From: Marsupella aquatica
Lineage: Eukaryota; Plantae; Marchantiophyta
DNA: 64,000 nucleotides
NCBI GenBank assembly: GCA_973895155.1
Contig: OZ316893.1
Location: 6,271,239 to 6,335,238 of the forward strand
Direction: 5' to 3'
Shown: positions 62,700 to 64,000 of the stretch, piece after piece
Numbering within the stretch: the first letter of the stretch is position 1
Layout of the letters: every line of letters starts with the position of its first letter
Made by a program: the position numbers and the translations under genes
Notes under the pieces: model-generated
What the model was told of the DNA's origin: nothing
What the model saw: only the letters and a program-made list of their open reading frames with translations
The model's database searches: none

Positions 62700-63390
62700 A
62701 GAAAAGAAAGGGTGAAACGTTCAGACCAAAACTTGGGCTCTTATGCTGCAACAACACAACACACCTACTGAAAACTCAATCGCAGATGTTTTTCACTTGA
62801 CTCACCTGAAACTTGGAGGGGACGGTGGATTTATCTATGGACAAGCTGGGCTTCTCCCAATGTCAAGCTAGATTTCTGGAAAATACTTAATGTTGGGTTC
62901 TTTTCCTACTTGAGAGCTCTCAAGTGGGACAGGAGCAATGGAATGTGCACTGCATGCCAAGGTAACATTGAGACTATAGAACACATGTTCTATGACTGCC
63001 CAAGATTGAGATTCCGCTGGACTCAACTTGAACACATTGCTGAGGGAACCAGGCTTCGTAAGACAGTAGGATGTTCCTTTTGGGGGAAAATGGACACTGC
63101 CAGCATTCCATTTACAGAAGCGTGACCCCGGTCTTCTGCTTCTGATCCATCAGATGATAAGCAACATCTGGATTGAAAGACGACAGCGAACTTATCATGC
63201 TAATGCCACCCGCTTCCCACTACAGCTTATCCTCCATGGAGCTGTTGTCAGTGCGCATGCCACCCTTCTGAGCACCAGAAGTGCTAAAAAAGTTCCATGC
63301 TTAAGTAGAACTCTCACTGACCTCAATGATATGACTGACAGGTCTACAACAAGAAATCATATCTCTAGTGTTAGTGTTACGGATGTATGA
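62700..63390 (+). mobile_element. 3' remnant of a non-LTR retrotransposon (L1/Tx1-like ORF2 C-terminus)
   Basis: CTACQGNIETIEHMFYDCP (CX2C..H..C, zf-RVT-like), preceded by a W-rich segment and followed by IWIERRQRTY; degraded. Confidence 0.65.
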
Positions 63391-64000
63391 GTCTAGAATT
63401 AACTTTAGAAGGCATTCTCCTCCCTGTCATGAGAATTGCAGATACAATAGGAGTATTAAGGGACCTGAGGGACAGAGAGGGGACAGACAGCCCCATGGTA
63501 AGACATATAGCATAACAAAATGTCAATTTAGCTTTGAGAAACACTATCCTCCATAATCATGTTTATGGTCAATCTAGGACTACTTTTGCTAGATACACTC
63601 AGATCCAGAGAGACACCACCATGACTCTCATTGATCAGGATAGTTAATGGACCCACAGCCTTTATGTGACCAGGTGGTTGACCTAGGTTCAGTCACGGAC
63701 CCAAGGTCATCTAGTCTCTGATGGGGTATTTCTGTGTTGCACTTGCTGTGGCTTAGGGCTAGGTTCCATGGGGTCTCAGTAATTGCACATCAAAATATGA
63801 CATATATTATATGCGACACCCTTGCATACAGTGATAATACTAATTTTTTCCTTTCAATCAATGAATGCAGCCACATTTTGATGTGTGATTACCAGCCGGG
63901 GGTTCCATGGGGCTGGGACTAAGGAGTACGGATGCTGTCAGAATTTTTAAGCCAATAAGATTGCAGCTTTTCCAGGGACTGAGGGGTGTACAAATACTGT

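Overview
Eukaryotic, land-plant-type DNA: spliceosomal introns, plant gene families and nested transposons. A bryophyte/liverwort origin is plausible but is only inference. Host genes: a STOP1-like C2H2 zinc-finger gene (3713-5812), a BPS1/DUF793-like gene (about 51185-52600) and a disrupted AUX1/LAX-like permease (about 55540-57710, minus). The centre of the window is a nested transposon stack whose junctions can be read base by base. A 27.1-kb PIF/Harbinger element (7092-34206) has its Myb-like gene split by a 20.7-kb Sola-like DDD element (7732-28407, TSD GAAG). Removing four younger insertions and the predicted introns from the inner element rebuilds one minus-strand gene of roughly 1,250 codons (24249 to 12759). 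It appears to encode ParB/Srx-like domain + beta-class N4C/N6A DNA methyltransferase + acidic linker + Ulp1/C48 SUMO protease, convergent with the transposase. The same element carries an F-box-like gene and many copies of a long palindrome (TGGGATAC-NNN-GTATCCCA), often at ~90-bp spacing inside predicted introns. This copy is pseudogenised, but the architecture suggests a transposon-borne DNA amino-methylation/deSUMOylation module and is the best candidate for an undescribed system here. All family assignments are by motif recognition, not database search.
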